Shown piece by piece: positions 48,001 through 57,789 of a DNA stretch of 64,000 nt; position 1 is the first letter of the stretch; each line of letters starts with the position of its first letter. A program made the translations under genes and the position numbers. The stretch is taken from positions 15,310 through 79,309 of IMG/VR virus record IMGVR_UViG_2728369134_000004. One strand, given 5' to 3'. The notes beneath the pieces are model-generated. The model did not search any database. It had not been told where the DNA came from and worked only from the letters and a program-made list of their open reading frames with translations. The stretch is from a virus. Lineage: Duplodnaviria > Caudoviricetes.

Positions 48001-48595
48001 TATTGTATAACGGATTTTTCATTTGATCCAAGTTCTTAGTTGTTTTAGATGCTGCAGAAGACATCGCATTCATAGCCCCGATAGTTTGAAGCATTCCCAT
48101 CATCGCTAGTCTATTCGCGTTAATTTGCGCGTCTTGCGAGGCTTTCATTGCCTTTCCTATATCGTTAGCTTGATTTATGAATGCTTGGTTTGTACCTTGA
48201 AAGTCCTTTGAAGCCTGAGCCATTTGATAAAATCCATAAGTCGCTTTGATTTGGTCTTCTTTAAAAGGAATCATAGCCATTTTCTGAGCGTGGAATCCTT
48301 GTCTCATTTCTTCCATCATGCCCCTAGCTTCAGCAGACATATAACGATATGAACTGCCAATGTCACCCATAAGACCGCCTATCTCGTTTCCATAAGCGCG
48401 GCGGTACTGTCTAGCATAATATTCCGAGTCGCCAACCATTCCTTGCATCCCTCGGCCCATTTCGTTACGCATCCCTTGAGCTGTTCGACCCATGTTATTT
48501 CCAATACGATTTAATTCAGCATTAACACGTTGTACATCCCTACGAATGTTACTCGTTTCAAGACGGGTATCTATATTAACGCGACCATCAGCCAT
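45029..48595 (-). CDS. Tail tape measure protein B
   Basis: 1188 aa; MADGRVNIDT start; LP.II.AG.KIL..LI.GI repeats; FSPAKTGPL. Confidence 0.92.
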   Translation of the reverse strand: MADGRVNIDTRLETSNIRRDVQRVNAELNRIGNNMGRTAQGMRNEMGRGMQGMVGDSEYYARQYRRAYGNEIGGLMGDIGSSYRYMSAEARGMMEEMRQGFHAQKMAMIPFKEDQIKATYGFYQMAQASKDFQGTNQAFINQANDIGKAMKASQDAQINANRLAMMGMLQTIGAMNAMSSAASKTTKNLDQMKNPLYNTARPALALVDSLDRVARSGSAAQIALELHGPQASMKTLTDEAMRLNTVMMGMPFVAIGVGMSVLFMYGALHKANMEMNPKYAEAFNEMMEKLTKALEPMRQAFAAVAIPIFNFVTKLAELTIAFNEAHPVMAKFIQGTIMLVPALMALMLPLALGVGYFRGLRAILFALRPIIMPVVTAFATMSTPVWILAAAIAGLTVGFTHFYKTNEKFKGFVDGTIKSIKDFGSALVKNTSELIQSAYKSDMVQNSIKALQTGFATAGKKSLEFGSNMASLGKYLYYTALDGDHLNDWITHLPESWQGAVMATGQAVSTIRGHIISLFGATMQLGKDLTQLGSYLINVALTGNIFSDALNALPPSVQGLANSIAPAVLAVNSFGQSIVALGKYFYFAALDGDSLNDWITHLPVSWQNAAMAVGNVIATMSESFTSLFGPLDQVGYTFLNFGRYILSVVSTGSLMNGWLNLMPVGFQTAGVLIGNAILTIKTAISSLVEAVKLALGGDTSQLGQIFMTIMPTLIGMLLGGLPALLITASHFLPTIVNGINLMLPLLTTTITNMITGIVTILTTYLPQFLEQGIKILTFLINGVVQVLPVVVTTLVQVSVELVNSLVNTIGTLLPLILDAGIKILMAIIDGIIQNLPQIINAALQMITTLANAIAVLLPQIIEAGIKILMALIDGILKILPNLIQTAVMLITKVCEMLIQNLPKIIDAGMKILTALIEGILKILPQLIEMGIQLIVQLVNILMQNMPKIWAAGMKILQELIRGIIQILPQLLDTALKLIVEIARVLIANLPKIWNAGMRILAELIKGIISLVGELGSTIKNNVIKSMTDQLNNAKDTFFNAGKGLMEMLKKGLISMKDSVLGTMSDIAGKVRDFLPFSPAKTGPLSDLDHLDFGGPISDSIKLAFPKVSGLMNELLDLPDINAVANVKSSSGGSPERDNSASRILNNDSLSGNNSPTYLIMDKKVVGELLATDIKDINDRNAIRLAKFS

Positions 48596-49253
48596 ACTGT
48601 TCCACCTGCCTTTTTTGCGCCTCTAATCGTTTCAGATACGCTTTGTACTCCATTTCCTCCCTAATCGCTTTGGCTTCCGGCAATTCGTAACGTTCTTTCA
48701 TTTTTTTTATCCGCTTACGTTCGTCGGCATTATGTTTATCTTTCTTAGGGATTTCGCAGGTCCGATAATGAATTGCTATTTTCATAGGCGTCTTTTCAGA
48801 CAGGTTATTAAACAGAGCTAGAAACTCGCTCCATTGTAGTTTTCCTTGTTGCTCGAATAAATTGATATTGTAATCAAATAGAAAAGACGCAAATATCATA
48901 TCTGCATCTAGTGTGAAGTTAACGATTGGAATGTCAGGAACCACTTCGTTTTCTGTATTACCTAGCGCTTCTGTCATTTCTCCCGTCTTCTTATCCGACG
49001 TCAAATCGATATTTAACTTATCTTTGAAGATATCAATGATAAGTTTCTCTTTCCCTTGCCAATTAAGCTGATCAAGAAGCTTATGGTTAACAATAAGCAT
49101 CAATAACGCAATATTCGGCTTCGCTCGCGCACTAATTGTCTCATCGTCAAATAGCTCCATAATTTTCAAGATATTATCAAAAGACAGGTTTAACTCGATG
49201 TCAACGCCTGCCCAATGATACACATCTCTGTTTCTGTCAGTAAGTTTGAACAT
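48588..49253 (-). CDS. A118 Gp15-family tail protein
   Basis: LNLSFDNIL, DADMIFASF..Y.INL, W.EFLALF motifs. Confidence 0.85.
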   Translation of the reverse strand: MFKLTDRNRDVYHWAGVDIELNLSFDNILKIMELFDDETISARAKPNIALLMLIVNHKLLDQLNWQGKEKLIIDIFKDKLNIDLTSDKKTGEMTEALGNTENEVVPDIPIVNFTLDADMIFASFLFDYNINLFEQQGKLQWSEFLALFNNLSEKTPMKIAIHYRTCEIPKKDKHNADERKRIKKMKERYELPEAKAIREEMEYKAYLKRLEAQKRQVEQYG

Positions 49254-49264
49254 TACTGATCACC

Positions 49265-49666
49265 TTACTTTTTTAGGTTGGCTAAGTATTTAGACTGTGA
49301 TTTTTCAGCAGTTTTCATTGATTCTTCAACATAGATATCATTTAAGTAGTGTACAAGATTCAATAGATTAGCAACCGCTCTTCCAGCGATTTCATACAGA
49401 TCTTCGAATGTTCCTTCTCCTAAGAAAGTCTCCACAACTTGTTTCGTTAAATCTTTTTGTTTTTCTGTTAATGCATCGATTTCTTTATCAGAAGCTGCTT
49501 CAAAATCAGGAATCATTGATTGTAGTTCATCTGTTCCTCTTTTAAATTGTTTTAACGCTTTTTGATATTTGTTTAAAGCATCATCATTAAATTCTACTTT
49601 GAATAATTTACCCGCAACATCTACCTCTTTATATGTCTTTTCAAAATCAAATTTAAATTGTGTCAT
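49265..49666 (-). CDS. Tail assembly chaperone B
   Basis: FLGEGTFEDLY; synteny. Confidence 0.7.
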   Translation of the reverse strand: MTQFKFDFEKTYKEVDVAGKLFKVEFNDDALNKYQKALKQFKRGTDELQSMIPDFEAASDKEIDALTEKQKDLTKQVVETFLGEGTFEDLYEIAGRAVANLLNLVHYLNDIYVEESMKTAEKSQSKYLANLKK

Positions 49667-49731
49667 AGTCGCTCATTCTCCTTTTTAGTTAAATAGAAAA
49701 AGAGCCGTAAATTTACGACTCTTTTTAATCT

Positions 49732-50187
49732 TTATTTAGCTGGTACAGCTTTTGTAAATTTAGGAACTCCATCAAAACTGATTGTAAATTCAATTTCACC
49801 TTTAGAATTTGCATCTCCACCTGGCGCTTTGATTTCAGAAATAGTTGCTTTACCTTCCCATATATCCCCGTTCGGTTCGGTTACTCTGAATTCAGTTTTT
49901 CGTTCAGGACCTACTTTGTGAGTTTTGCTAAAAATATAATCCTGCGCTTTATCTCCGTAATTTCGATGCCCTTCAAATCCATATGACAACATAAACCCTG
50001 TGATATCACGTTCAGCGGCACCGCCACCATCGTAGTAATACGTTTCTTCTGATTCTTCGTTGTTATCAGGATCTACAGATGTAATACCTGCAGCAATTCG
50101 TTCCCATGCCGGTACTTCCGGAGTAGTTGCTGTATTAATTTCAAACTTATACCCATGATTCAATAAAAACCCTTGATTTTTTCCCAA
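49732..50187 (-). CDS. Major tail (tube) protein B
   Basis: IAAGITSVDP, YYDGGG, GHRNYGD.AQ motifs. Confidence 0.85.
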   Translation of the reverse strand: MGKNQGFLLNHGYKFEINTATTPEVPAWERIAAGITSVDPDNNEESEETYYYDGGGAAERDITGFMLSYGFEGHRNYGDKAQDYIFSKTHKVGPERKTEFRVTEPNGDIWEGKATISEIKAPGGDANSKGEIEFTISFDGVPKFTKAVPAK

Positions 50188-50188
50188 A

Positions 50189-50611
50189 TCAATTACCTCC
50201 TATTTCTAATTCCACACTAAAAAGTGCAGTGTATATTTGCTCGTTCGCCTCTGTTTTATCGACCCAATTAGGCTCCACATACTTTTCCATCGTAATGAGA
50301 TTATAAGAATCATCAATACTATGAAACCTGCGCATATGAAGGTTATGAAGCTCGTCCGCAATAGATTCAATACTAGACATCGCTTCTAAACCGTCAGGAC
50401 TCTTAACGAGTATTTGAAACTGCTTACGGATTGTTTCACCTTCGAAATACTGTTTACCAGGAGCAGAGGGGGTTATCCTCATCGCGATGCTCTTTCTTGG
50501 TGCATTGTTAGTTCCTACATCTAACACATTTGCTTTGATAGGTGCGTAAACAATATTTGGAGGTAAAACTTTAGTTAAATGCTTGATCACGCTTTCTACT
50601 AGCCATTTCAT
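50189..50611 (-). CDS. Tail terminator (A118 'minor capsid' type)
   Basis: Synteny; FQILVK. Confidence 0.7.
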   Translation of the reverse strand: MKWLVESVIKHLTKVLPPNIVYAPIKANVLDVGTNNAPRKSIAMRITPSAPGKQYFEGETIRKQFQILVKSPDGLEAMSSIESIADELHNLHMRRFHSIDDSYNLITMEKYVEPNWVDKTEANEQIYTALFSVELEIGGN

Positions 50612-50619
50612 GTGACCAC

Positions 50620-50970
50620 CTACAAATTATCTTTCATTGTTCGTTCTATGATTCTTTTCCAATCGACTAAATGAGCAGCCTTAGCTACTTCGAACCATAA
50701 CCCTTGAGCGTTAGGGTTCACATCTTTAGAAAAGTTATATTGCGGATTGTAGTACAAGCGCCTTGCATATGGCGTATCCCATCCGACATGTCCTTCACCA
50801 GGTCTGCTGAATCTGACTCCTGAGCGCTTTAACTCTGTAGTATCTTCCGGGGCATAAAAATTGCTGTCCTTCAGTACTTGCTCATCCAATGCAAACTGCG
50901 CTTTTTCAGTAGCTCTCATAACATTTGATTCGATTTGTGCTGTATCAACTTGTACATTAACCCTAATCAT
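50620..50970 (-). CDS. Neck protein (Minor_capsid_2 type)
   Basis: WDTPYARRLYY...NPNAQGLWFE. Confidence 0.82.
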   Translation of the reverse strand: MIRVNVQVDTAQIESNVMRATEKAQFALDEQVLKDSNFYAPEDTTELKRSGVRFSRPGEGHVGWDTPYARRLYYNPQYNFSKDVNPNAQGLWFEVAKAAHLVDWKRIIERTMKDNL

Positions 50971-51323
50971 CGTAGGTACAACTCCGTATGGTGCGGTCTG
51001 TTCGTATTTGTTGTATAAAGTGGTTCAACCTCTTTAATGAACATTTCCTTTCCATTCCACACGATCTTTGATTTCTCTTTAAAAACCTGATTAGGATGAG
51101 CAGAGTTAATAGAATCATGGAATAGAATAGATTGGAATGTCACGCTATCACCCGTTGTAGCGTTATACACCTTTTCGTTTGGTTGCACACGCACTCTTTC
51201 AATAATGATAGGTTCAGCATATGAAGCAGAGCCACCGCCCCAAATGTCATTCTCGCCGATATATTCGTGGTATTCAACAGTATGGATTAATAGGTGCCGC
51301 GGAATCGGAATAATATTGATCAT
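50967..51323 (-). CDS. Head closure protein (Minor_capsid_1 type)
   Basis: IPRHLLIHTV...HHTELYL. Confidence 0.8.
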   Translation of the reverse strand: MINIIPIPRHLLIHTVEYHEYIGENDIWGGGSASYAEPIIIERVRVQPNEKVYNATTGDSVTFQSILFHDSINSAHPNQVFKEKSKIVWNGKEMFIKEVEPLYTTNTNRPHHTELYLR

Positions 51324-51721
51324 CTTGTATCAACTCCTGAATAAAGCAATCCTGTAGGCTCCAGGAATTTAATTGCACCGTTCGAAAAACTAGGATCTAC
51401 GCTTGTGCCGCCCTCAGTTTTCCCACCTCGTAATAACCCATAACGGAATTTGCCAACCTGCATAACAGGCGTTTCAACCATAACGTTTGAAGAGGTTTCT
51501 CCATATAACGCGATGAATTCAGTCTGAGCAGCTGTAGCTTTCATTACTTGTTTCTTAATGAATGGAGCTGCTTCATCAAAAGTTATACCTTCTAATTTGT
51601 AATGAATCATTTGATCAATTACGTCAGATGCTCTTTTAATCATCCGTTTCAACATCTCATCGTCATCAACTGGAGTTCCTTCATATTCATTTCTGTAATA
51701 ATCAACAGTTATATAAGGCAT
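51320..51721 (-). CDS. Head-tail connector B
   Basis: MPYITVDYY...RASDVID...TGLLYSGV. Confidence 0.82.
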   Translation of the reverse strand: MPYITVDYYRNEYEGTPVDDDEMLKRMIKRASDVIDQMIHYKLEGITFDEAAPFIKKQVMKATAAQTEFIALYGETSSNVMVETPVMQVGKFRYGLLRGGKTEGGTSVDPSFSNGAIKFLEPTGLLYSGVDTR

Positions 51722-51729
51722 GTAATCAC

Positions 51730-51969
51730 CTACTTCTTAGCAGTTGTTTTAGGCGCCTTCAACGCTGCGATTTCTTCCTCTAGCTCATCAATTTTATCAA
51801 GTGCTTGATTGTACTCTTGTACCGAAATGTTACGGCCGCCAGTGGCACGTTTAATAATTTTGCCTTCGTCGTTAATTTGGTCGAAACCGTCATTCAGATA
51901 GCTAGGCAAGAAGTCTTTATCAATATTCAATACTTTATTTAATCGTTTAACTTTTACCGTGTTACTCAA
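51730..51969 (-). CDS. Small head-module protein
   Basis: Follows the capsid gene; RBS. Confidence 0.6.
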   Translation of the reverse strand: MSNTVKVKRLNKVLNIDKDFLPSYLNDGFDQINDEGKIIKRATGGRNISVQEYNQALDKIDELEEEIAALKAPKTTAKK

Positions 51970-52022
51970 TTACATCATTCCTTTCTTATATAAGAGAAAA
52001 AGAGAAGCTATAAAAGCCTCTC

Positions 52023-52919
52023 TTATGCAGAAGTAATATTGAATTTAACGCCGTCTACTTTAGCGCCTAAGATAAATACATCCCAGTATTTGCGCTCGTA
52101 ATAGAAGTATTTGCCGCCAGTTGTAGCAGATGGTTGATCTAAGCTAACAAATTCGTATTGTTGCGGAGCTACCATAGCTAATGGGTGAATTAAAATCATG
52201 TTGATTTGTTTTGCAGTTGCATCAGGTACAGCGCCATTTGTAAAGTTGTATGCAGTTTTCATGCGTGTAGATGGTACAGGGATGATAGTTACGTCATCTA
52301 AAGAATACACACCGCGATTAACAGATTTTTCAGTAGTACCAGAAATCTCTAAAGTGCGCTGTAATTCTTTAGCCGCTTTTACAATCTTTTTAACTGCAGG
52401 TGTAATGTAAAGAAGACGACCAGTTTGTGGAACTTCCGCTTCATCCATTTCTAACATCATTTGATCGAATACTTCTAAGAAACTTTCAGGAGTAAGGACC
52501 GTTGTATCAGCTGTTTTACCTGCTCCAGTGTATTCTGCATATAATTTAGAAGCCATATACTTATCGTGTTCAGGAACTGCTTCCTCATCGTTGAATACAC
52601 GAGTAATATTCGCAATTGTTACAGCCATATTTGTTTCATCAACATCAACCGGATCAACTAATGTACGGAATTCACGGTCATGGCCGAGAGTTTTAGGTTC
52701 GAAAGAATTATCAACACGACGAGTGTAGTTACCAGCTGCATCACGGTTAACGTCAGTGTATCCACCTACTTTAATGCGTGGAATCATGATTGTTTTTGGT
52801 CCTGTCCATTTGATAATTGAGTTATTCGGCGTGTTGTATAACGCAGCGAATGATAAACCTTGAGAAAACTTTTGAACTAATACTTCTTGATACTGCGTTG
52901 CGTAATTTAATGTAGCCAT
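52023..52919 (-). CDS. Major capsid protein B
   Basis: Starts MATLNYA after an AAGGAG RBS; TLGHDR, DPVDVDET, A.PE.D.Y motifs; follows the scaffold. Confidence 0.9.
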   Translation of the reverse strand: MATLNYATQYQEVLVQKFSQGLSFAALYNTPNNSIIKWTGPKTIMIPRIKVGGYTDVNRDAAGNYTRRVDNSFEPKTLGHDREFRTLVDPVDVDETNMAVTIANITRVFNDEEAVPEHDKYMASKLYAEYTGAGKTADTTVLTPESFLEVFDQMMLEMDEAEVPQTGRLLYITPAVKKIVKAAKELQRTLEISGTTEKSVNRGVYSLDDVTIIPVPSTRMKTAYNFTNGAVPDATAKQINMILIHPLAMVAPQQYEFVSLDQPSATTGGKYFYYERKYWDVFILGAKVDGVKFNITSA

Positions 52920-52994
52920 TAATAAAATCTCTCCTTTGATATATGTTTTTTTGCAAAACAAAAAGCCACCTATAAAAGATGACTCGTTTAAAAC

Positions 52995-53651
52995 CTATTG
53001 CTTTTTAATTCCGAATGCAGCAGCCCACTTTTCTGATTCTGTCATTGTAGTTTGTTGATGTTGACCACTAGAAAAAGTCGGTTTCGGTTTACTGTTATCT
53101 GGCGGTGTTTGTTCCACTACACCTTTAAAGTGAGGAAACTCTTCAACTACCATTTCGATAGCTTTTGTAATATCTATATCATCGCTAACCTTCGTTTTCG
53201 CTAGAGTAATAACTGCGTTTAAGTTTTTTTCTTCTGTAATACCTGACTTAATCGCAGCATTTTCAGCTTGAAGATTAAACAACGCGCTTTCTTGCTCTTT
53301 CACTTGATTCTGATAGTTAGTAAGCTGCTCTTGCTGCTTCTCCTGATCAGTTTTAAGTGTTTCTTGGTGTGCTTTCCAATCAGTAAGTGTCTGCGTCAAT
53401 TGATCGACATTTTCTACTCCTAATTGTTTTAAGAGCCTTGCTTCATGTTCTGTTTTTGCTGCATCCAACTGTTCTTGTGTAAATCTCACAGGAGCAGGAG
53501 GTTCAACTACTGGCGGTGCAGCAGGTGGAGTAACTGGATTTGTTGGCGGTGTTACACTTGGGTCACCTCCTTCCGGTGCAGGTGGTGTAACTGGATCTAC
53601 TAAATTATTAAAGTACTGCATTCCTTTGACTCTTAATCTAGGTTTAAACAT
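52995..53651 (-). CDS. Capsid scaffolding protein
   Basis: Pro-rich N-terminus, FTQEQLD, coiled coil. Confidence 0.8.
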   Translation of the reverse strand: MFKPRLRVKGMQYFNNLVDPVTPPAPEGGDPSVTPPTNPVTPPAAPPVVEPPAPVRFTQEQLDAAKTEHEARLLKQLGVENVDQLTQTLTDWKAHQETLKTDQEKQQEQLTNYQNQVKEQESALFNLQAENAAIKSGITEEKNLNAVITLAKTKVSDDIDITKAIEMVVEEFPHFKGVVEQTPPDNSKPKPTFSSGQHQQTTMTESEKWAAAFGIKKQ

Positions 53652-53862
53652 GTTCGTTAACCCCTTTCTGTTCTAATAATTTAATGGTTATAATTTGATC
53701 GCGTTCGATAATGAAATTATCTAAGAAGATGTAAGTTGCATTCGGTAATTTTAATTGTTTAGTAAGTGATTCCATTATTTCTTCATCGCCTTTACCATCA
53801 ATTGATATTGTAGTTTTGTCACCTGTTTTCAATTCAAATACCACAAGAACCATCGTTAACAC
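53644..53862 (-). CDS. Hypothetical protein
   Basis: Operon packing. Confidence 0.45.
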   Translation of the reverse strand: MLTMVLVVFELKTGDKTTISIDGKGDEEIMESLTKQLKLPNATYIFLDNFIIERDQIITIKLLEQKGVNEHV

Positions 53863-53866
53863 CCCT

Positions 53867-54988
53867 TTATATAATTTGTTCTCTGTTAGATTGACGTTTT
53901 CGACCTGTAGCTTTAATAAAGTCCCTCATGTTTGCTTGACGCTGTGATACTTTTTGTTTCGCTAATCTAACGCCCTCTTTATCACCAAGCTCTTCTAATA
54001 ACATGACTTCACGTTTCGCCTTTTTGATGTCCCTTTCAAGAGAGCGTTGTCTCTGACTCTCTTTGTATACGCGGTCATTCTCGGCGTAATCTTGAGGTTC
54101 ATTCCTTTTCGTTGACATGCCAGGTATATAAGGATATTTAATATGCCGGCAGTTAACGCCAAGTATTCCAGCAGGATCCCCATAAGAAGTTGTGGACCAT
54201 GCAGGATACTTTTTACTTTTACCACTCATAGAGAATATGCGCCCCTGATATGGTGCGCATTTTGGCCTACTTCCCATATGACTGCTTGTTTCGACTAAAT
54301 CAACACCGTAATCTTTCATGCGTTCATCCTGCATTTCGTTGGCCACGTTGTTACTAGTCGAGCGACATACCATATTTACATAGGCTTCTGCACTCCATTT
54401 TCTCCCTGACTTATCAACAAAACCCGGAATACCTTTATCAGACCATTGTGCGATAGTCTGTCTAACGGCTTGTTGTTGCGTTATAGTGCCCGCGAGCATC
54501 TTACCGACAGTTGTATTTAACACATCTAAATACATTTGCTGAGAGTGTTTTAACATCGTCGTATTGACGAGATTCAAGGTACTGAGCGCTTGATTTACGT
54601 ATGCGTTCAGAATACCGATTAAAGCAGCGTTAGTTGTAATTGGAGGCGCTACTTCTAATAAGCCTAATTTCATGGCTTGATTATAGATATCTTCATGATC
54701 AGCAATAGCAGCAGAACCAGCATCTTTAAGCATTTTCCTTACTTCTTCTACCGTTTTACCGCTATGCTTTGCAAGAGTATCTAATTGTTGTTTATTTAAG
54801 GTACCTAACTTATTTAGCTGTACCATGCGCCAATGTTGATACTCGTCGCCATTTTCAGCCGACAATAATAAGGGCATATCATGCTTTAGCATTCTAGCCA
54901 TATTTAAAAGCAGCTCTTCTTCTATCGCGCTGTAAATATCTACAACGAACAAAGAAAGCTGCTGTGATTTTTCTGGAGGTAAAGCCAT
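53867..54988 (-). CDS. Minor capsid protein (Phage_min_cap2 type)
   Basis: SSHMGSRPKCAPYQG, GVNCRH motifs. Confidence 0.9.
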   Translation of the reverse strand: MALPPEKSQQLSLFVVDIYSAIEEELLLNMARMLKHDMPLLLSAENGDEYQHWRMVQLNKLGTLNKQQLDTLAKHSGKTVEEVRKMLKDAGSAAIADHEDIYNQAMKLGLLEVAPPITTNAALIGILNAYVNQALSTLNLVNTTMLKHSQQMYLDVLNTTVGKMLAGTITQQQAVRQTIAQWSDKGIPGFVDKSGRKWSAEAYVNMVCRSTSNNVANEMQDERMKDYGVDLVETSSHMGSRPKCAPYQGRIFSMSGKSKKYPAWSTTSYGDPAGILGVNCRHIKYPYIPGMSTKRNEPQDYAENDRVYKESQRQRSLERDIKKAKREVMLLEELGDKEGVRLAKQKVSQRQANMRDFIKATGRKRQSNREQII

Positions 54989-54991
54989 TTA

Positions 54992-56506
54992 TTACTCACC
55001 TCCGTTATTAGTTTGTTCCTGCTCCGGATTCCCTTCTAAATTAAAGAAGTCAACATTCTCCGGCATAGCCATCCTGTTTTCCTCTATAATCTGTTTTAGC
55101 AGTTGTTCTGCTTCTTCTTCGGAAATTCCGTGAATCTTCATCAGAGCCTTTATTTTGCTTGTTAAACCGTTTGTAACAAGTAGAATCTGCTTGTTAATTT
55201 CAGCTGCCTGATCTTCTGCAATAGAATCGTCAAATGTTACTGTTACTTCGTAGTCTTCAGTGGTACTGAATGTTCCATATAAAGCAGCGATATCAACAAT
55301 AACGTCAACTAAGTCCCTGATACAATCTTCTAATATTGTTTCGTGAGATTGTTTGGTTTTGAATGTCTTAGAATTTTCACTAACAACTTCAGTAGCTGTT
55401 TTAACCCCTTGACCATCAAAGCTAAATGCACCAGTAGAGAATCCCGTTTGCATGGATAGGTAATTTAACAGAGCGTTAATAGCTGCTGTATGCTCTTCCA
55501 CTCTCAATGTCACTGATATATCTTGTATTCGTTGGTCTCCCTCAAGTTTCATCGCCTCATACACTTCATCAGAACTATCAAAGTAACGATGTGGCATACC
55601 AGAGATTGGATCTACTACATGTTTGATAGCAGAAGCAGGTACGATAATCCGCTTCTTACCTAACACGAATTCCCTTTGGAAACTGTCGAATGCGATATCA
55701 AGCGATTTAAGAACATCTAAAGAGTTCCCGTACATTGAAACTCCAAGTGGAGAATATAAATCTAGATTATTTGCCGTATTAGGCTTGAAGTATACAAATG
55801 TAGGGCGCGATAAGTTTTTGATTCTTACCTCATCTTCTAAGTCCTCGTATAATTCTTTTAATCCTGTTCTCACACCTAATTCACCTTTATTACGACTTAC
55901 ATACAGTTCGTTTTTAATTACGTGTTGCGGTCCTTCGCTTGTTCGCTCGATTAAATGCCATTCTAAAAGCGTGTAATATTTACCAGCCTTTGTAGACTCG
56001 TTAATAAACACGCCTTCTGTTACTTTATTGTTATCCCATGATACGGGGACGAAACAATCTGCAGTAACGAATGATAATTTAATCCCTTGATTGTAATACA
56101 CCTTAATCACCATACCGCCAAGCGATAACATGTATTCAAGGTACCTCTGAAATTCCCTATAAAAATTATTTTCATCTAAAATATTCTTGATATTATCGAA
56201 CAATGTTTGGTCTGATATATTAATAGAACATTTCTCGTTAAAAATAAGAGAAGACATTTCTTGAGTGACAACTTTCGCCATGTTCAACGATGCCATACGG
56301 CGCTGTTTCTGCCCCTCAACCGTTTGGTATTTAAGGTCGTGCCATTCGCTGAAATGACCGCTATAGATAGCCTTCCATACGTCTATCTGCTTGTATGATT
56401 CTTCATTAATGGTAATCTTTCGATTGTCAGTGACTTTCTTAATACCGGAAATTAAGCCCATTTTGTAGAGCAGCTCCTTCCCTTTATTGATTAACCATGT
56501 AAACAC
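54992..56506 (-). CDS. Portal protein, SPP1/A118 type
   Basis: SPLGVS, KTATEVVSE, FDDSI motifs. Confidence 0.92.
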   Translation of the reverse strand: MFTWLINKGKELLYKMGLISGIKKVTDNRKITINEESYKQIDVWKAIYSGHFSEWHDLKYQTVEGQKQRRMASLNMAKVVTQEMSSLIFNEKCSINISDQTLFDNIKNILDENNFYREFQRYLEYMLSLGGMVIKVYYNQGIKLSFVTADCFVPVSWDNNKVTEGVFINESTKAGKYYTLLEWHLIERTSEGPQHVIKNELYVSRNKGELGVRTGLKELYEDLEDEVRIKNLSRPTFVYFKPNTANNLDLYSPLGVSMYGNSLDVLKSLDIAFDSFQREFVLGKKRIIVPASAIKHVVDPISGMPHRYFDSSDEVYEAMKLEGDQRIQDISVTLRVEEHTAAINALLNYLSMQTGFSTGAFSFDGQGVKTATEVVSENSKTFKTKQSHETILEDCIRDLVDVIVDIAALYGTFSTTEDYEVTVTFDDSIAEDQAAEINKQILLVTNGLTSKIKALMKIHGISEEEAEQLLKQIIEENRMAMPENVDFFNLEGNPEQEQTNNGGE

Positions 56507-56516
56507 TATTTATCAC

Positions 56517-57789
56517 CTACTTTACATAGTTGTTATAGAAGTAATTTCCTGCATAGCGTGCTTCATCCAAACTGTGGTTGTATGCGTCTATCGGAGAACC
56601 ATTATCTTGCCGTACATACATACCGATTTCTTTTAAGAAATGATAATGATCGTATTCGTCACACTCGACAATGTAAAACTGCTCATTCGTCATTAAGTTC
56701 TGAAGTCTTTCAATACCAACTTCCATTCCTTTAGCAGAGCTACTGACATCGTGTGCATTGTTATCTGCACCTGTCGTATTAACCCCTAATAAGTGAAGTT
56801 CTTCTCTCAATGACTTACACGCAGGGTCAACAAACACTTCTGTATAGCGCATTTGGAATCGTCTTACGCACCATTCTATAAATAATTTGATTTCTTTTGC
56901 GTATACAGACATTGCTTTTACTTGTCCTGTTTCTGCTCCACTATGATAGTAGTGAGCGACACGCATCAATCTGAATTTATCTTTGAAACGAGTTACGATA
57001 TTGCAAGCACAACTTGTAGCGTCAGATTGACCACCATCAGCAGTGAAAAACATTTCGTAACGATCACCGAGTACCGCATGTTCAACATTCTTATTCATAT
57101 CAAACATGGAGTAGATAACACCCTGAGGCATTACACGCTTTCCGTACCAATCTCGTTCGAGTAAATACGGATTCTTAGAAAGTACATCATATATTTCCTG
57201 CTTACGTTGCTCTGATAATATCGGATTGTCATTAGGTGTCCAATGAGTCCAACGTGTGTTTTGAACATCGAATACTTCCGATATAACAGGATGGTTAGGA
57301 GCAGGAGGGTTTAAATCCGCTAAATGGTAACGGTCCTGCGCTGCAAAGGTACGACGGAAACATTCTTGAATCATGCCCATATTAAGAAGGTTAATCTCAC
57401 AAAAGACTACACTTCCAAGCGACATACCCGTTATGGCGCCGACACTGTTACTTTTCCCTCCACCCTTGTAAAAGACTCGCTTAATTCCTTTTGGTGTGTG
57501 TACCTCAAGGTGTGAACCGAGTTCATTATGCTTTATTTCTGCTAAATCCCCAAATATATGAGCCAATCCAGTCCCATCGCCATCTATAAATAAACGCTGC
57601 GCTTGTTCCTGGTTATACGCTACGATTAAATGATTATCATCTCTAGTATTCGCGATGTATCTTGCGTATCTAAAGTGACCAGCTGTGGTCTTTCCTGATC
57701 TAGGGAGTTCCTTCGTTAACTTCTAACGAATAATTAAAAGGTGCTCTAATTATCTGCAACTGTTTATCGCTGAATTTAATCTGAGGAAT
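56517..57789 (-). pseudogene. terL: Terminase large subunit B (PBSX type) with a 1-nt insertion in Walker A
   Basis: GAA GGA ACT CCC TAG; deleting one C (57703-57705) gives EGTPRSGKTT in frame with ORF 56517-57566. Confidence 0.85.
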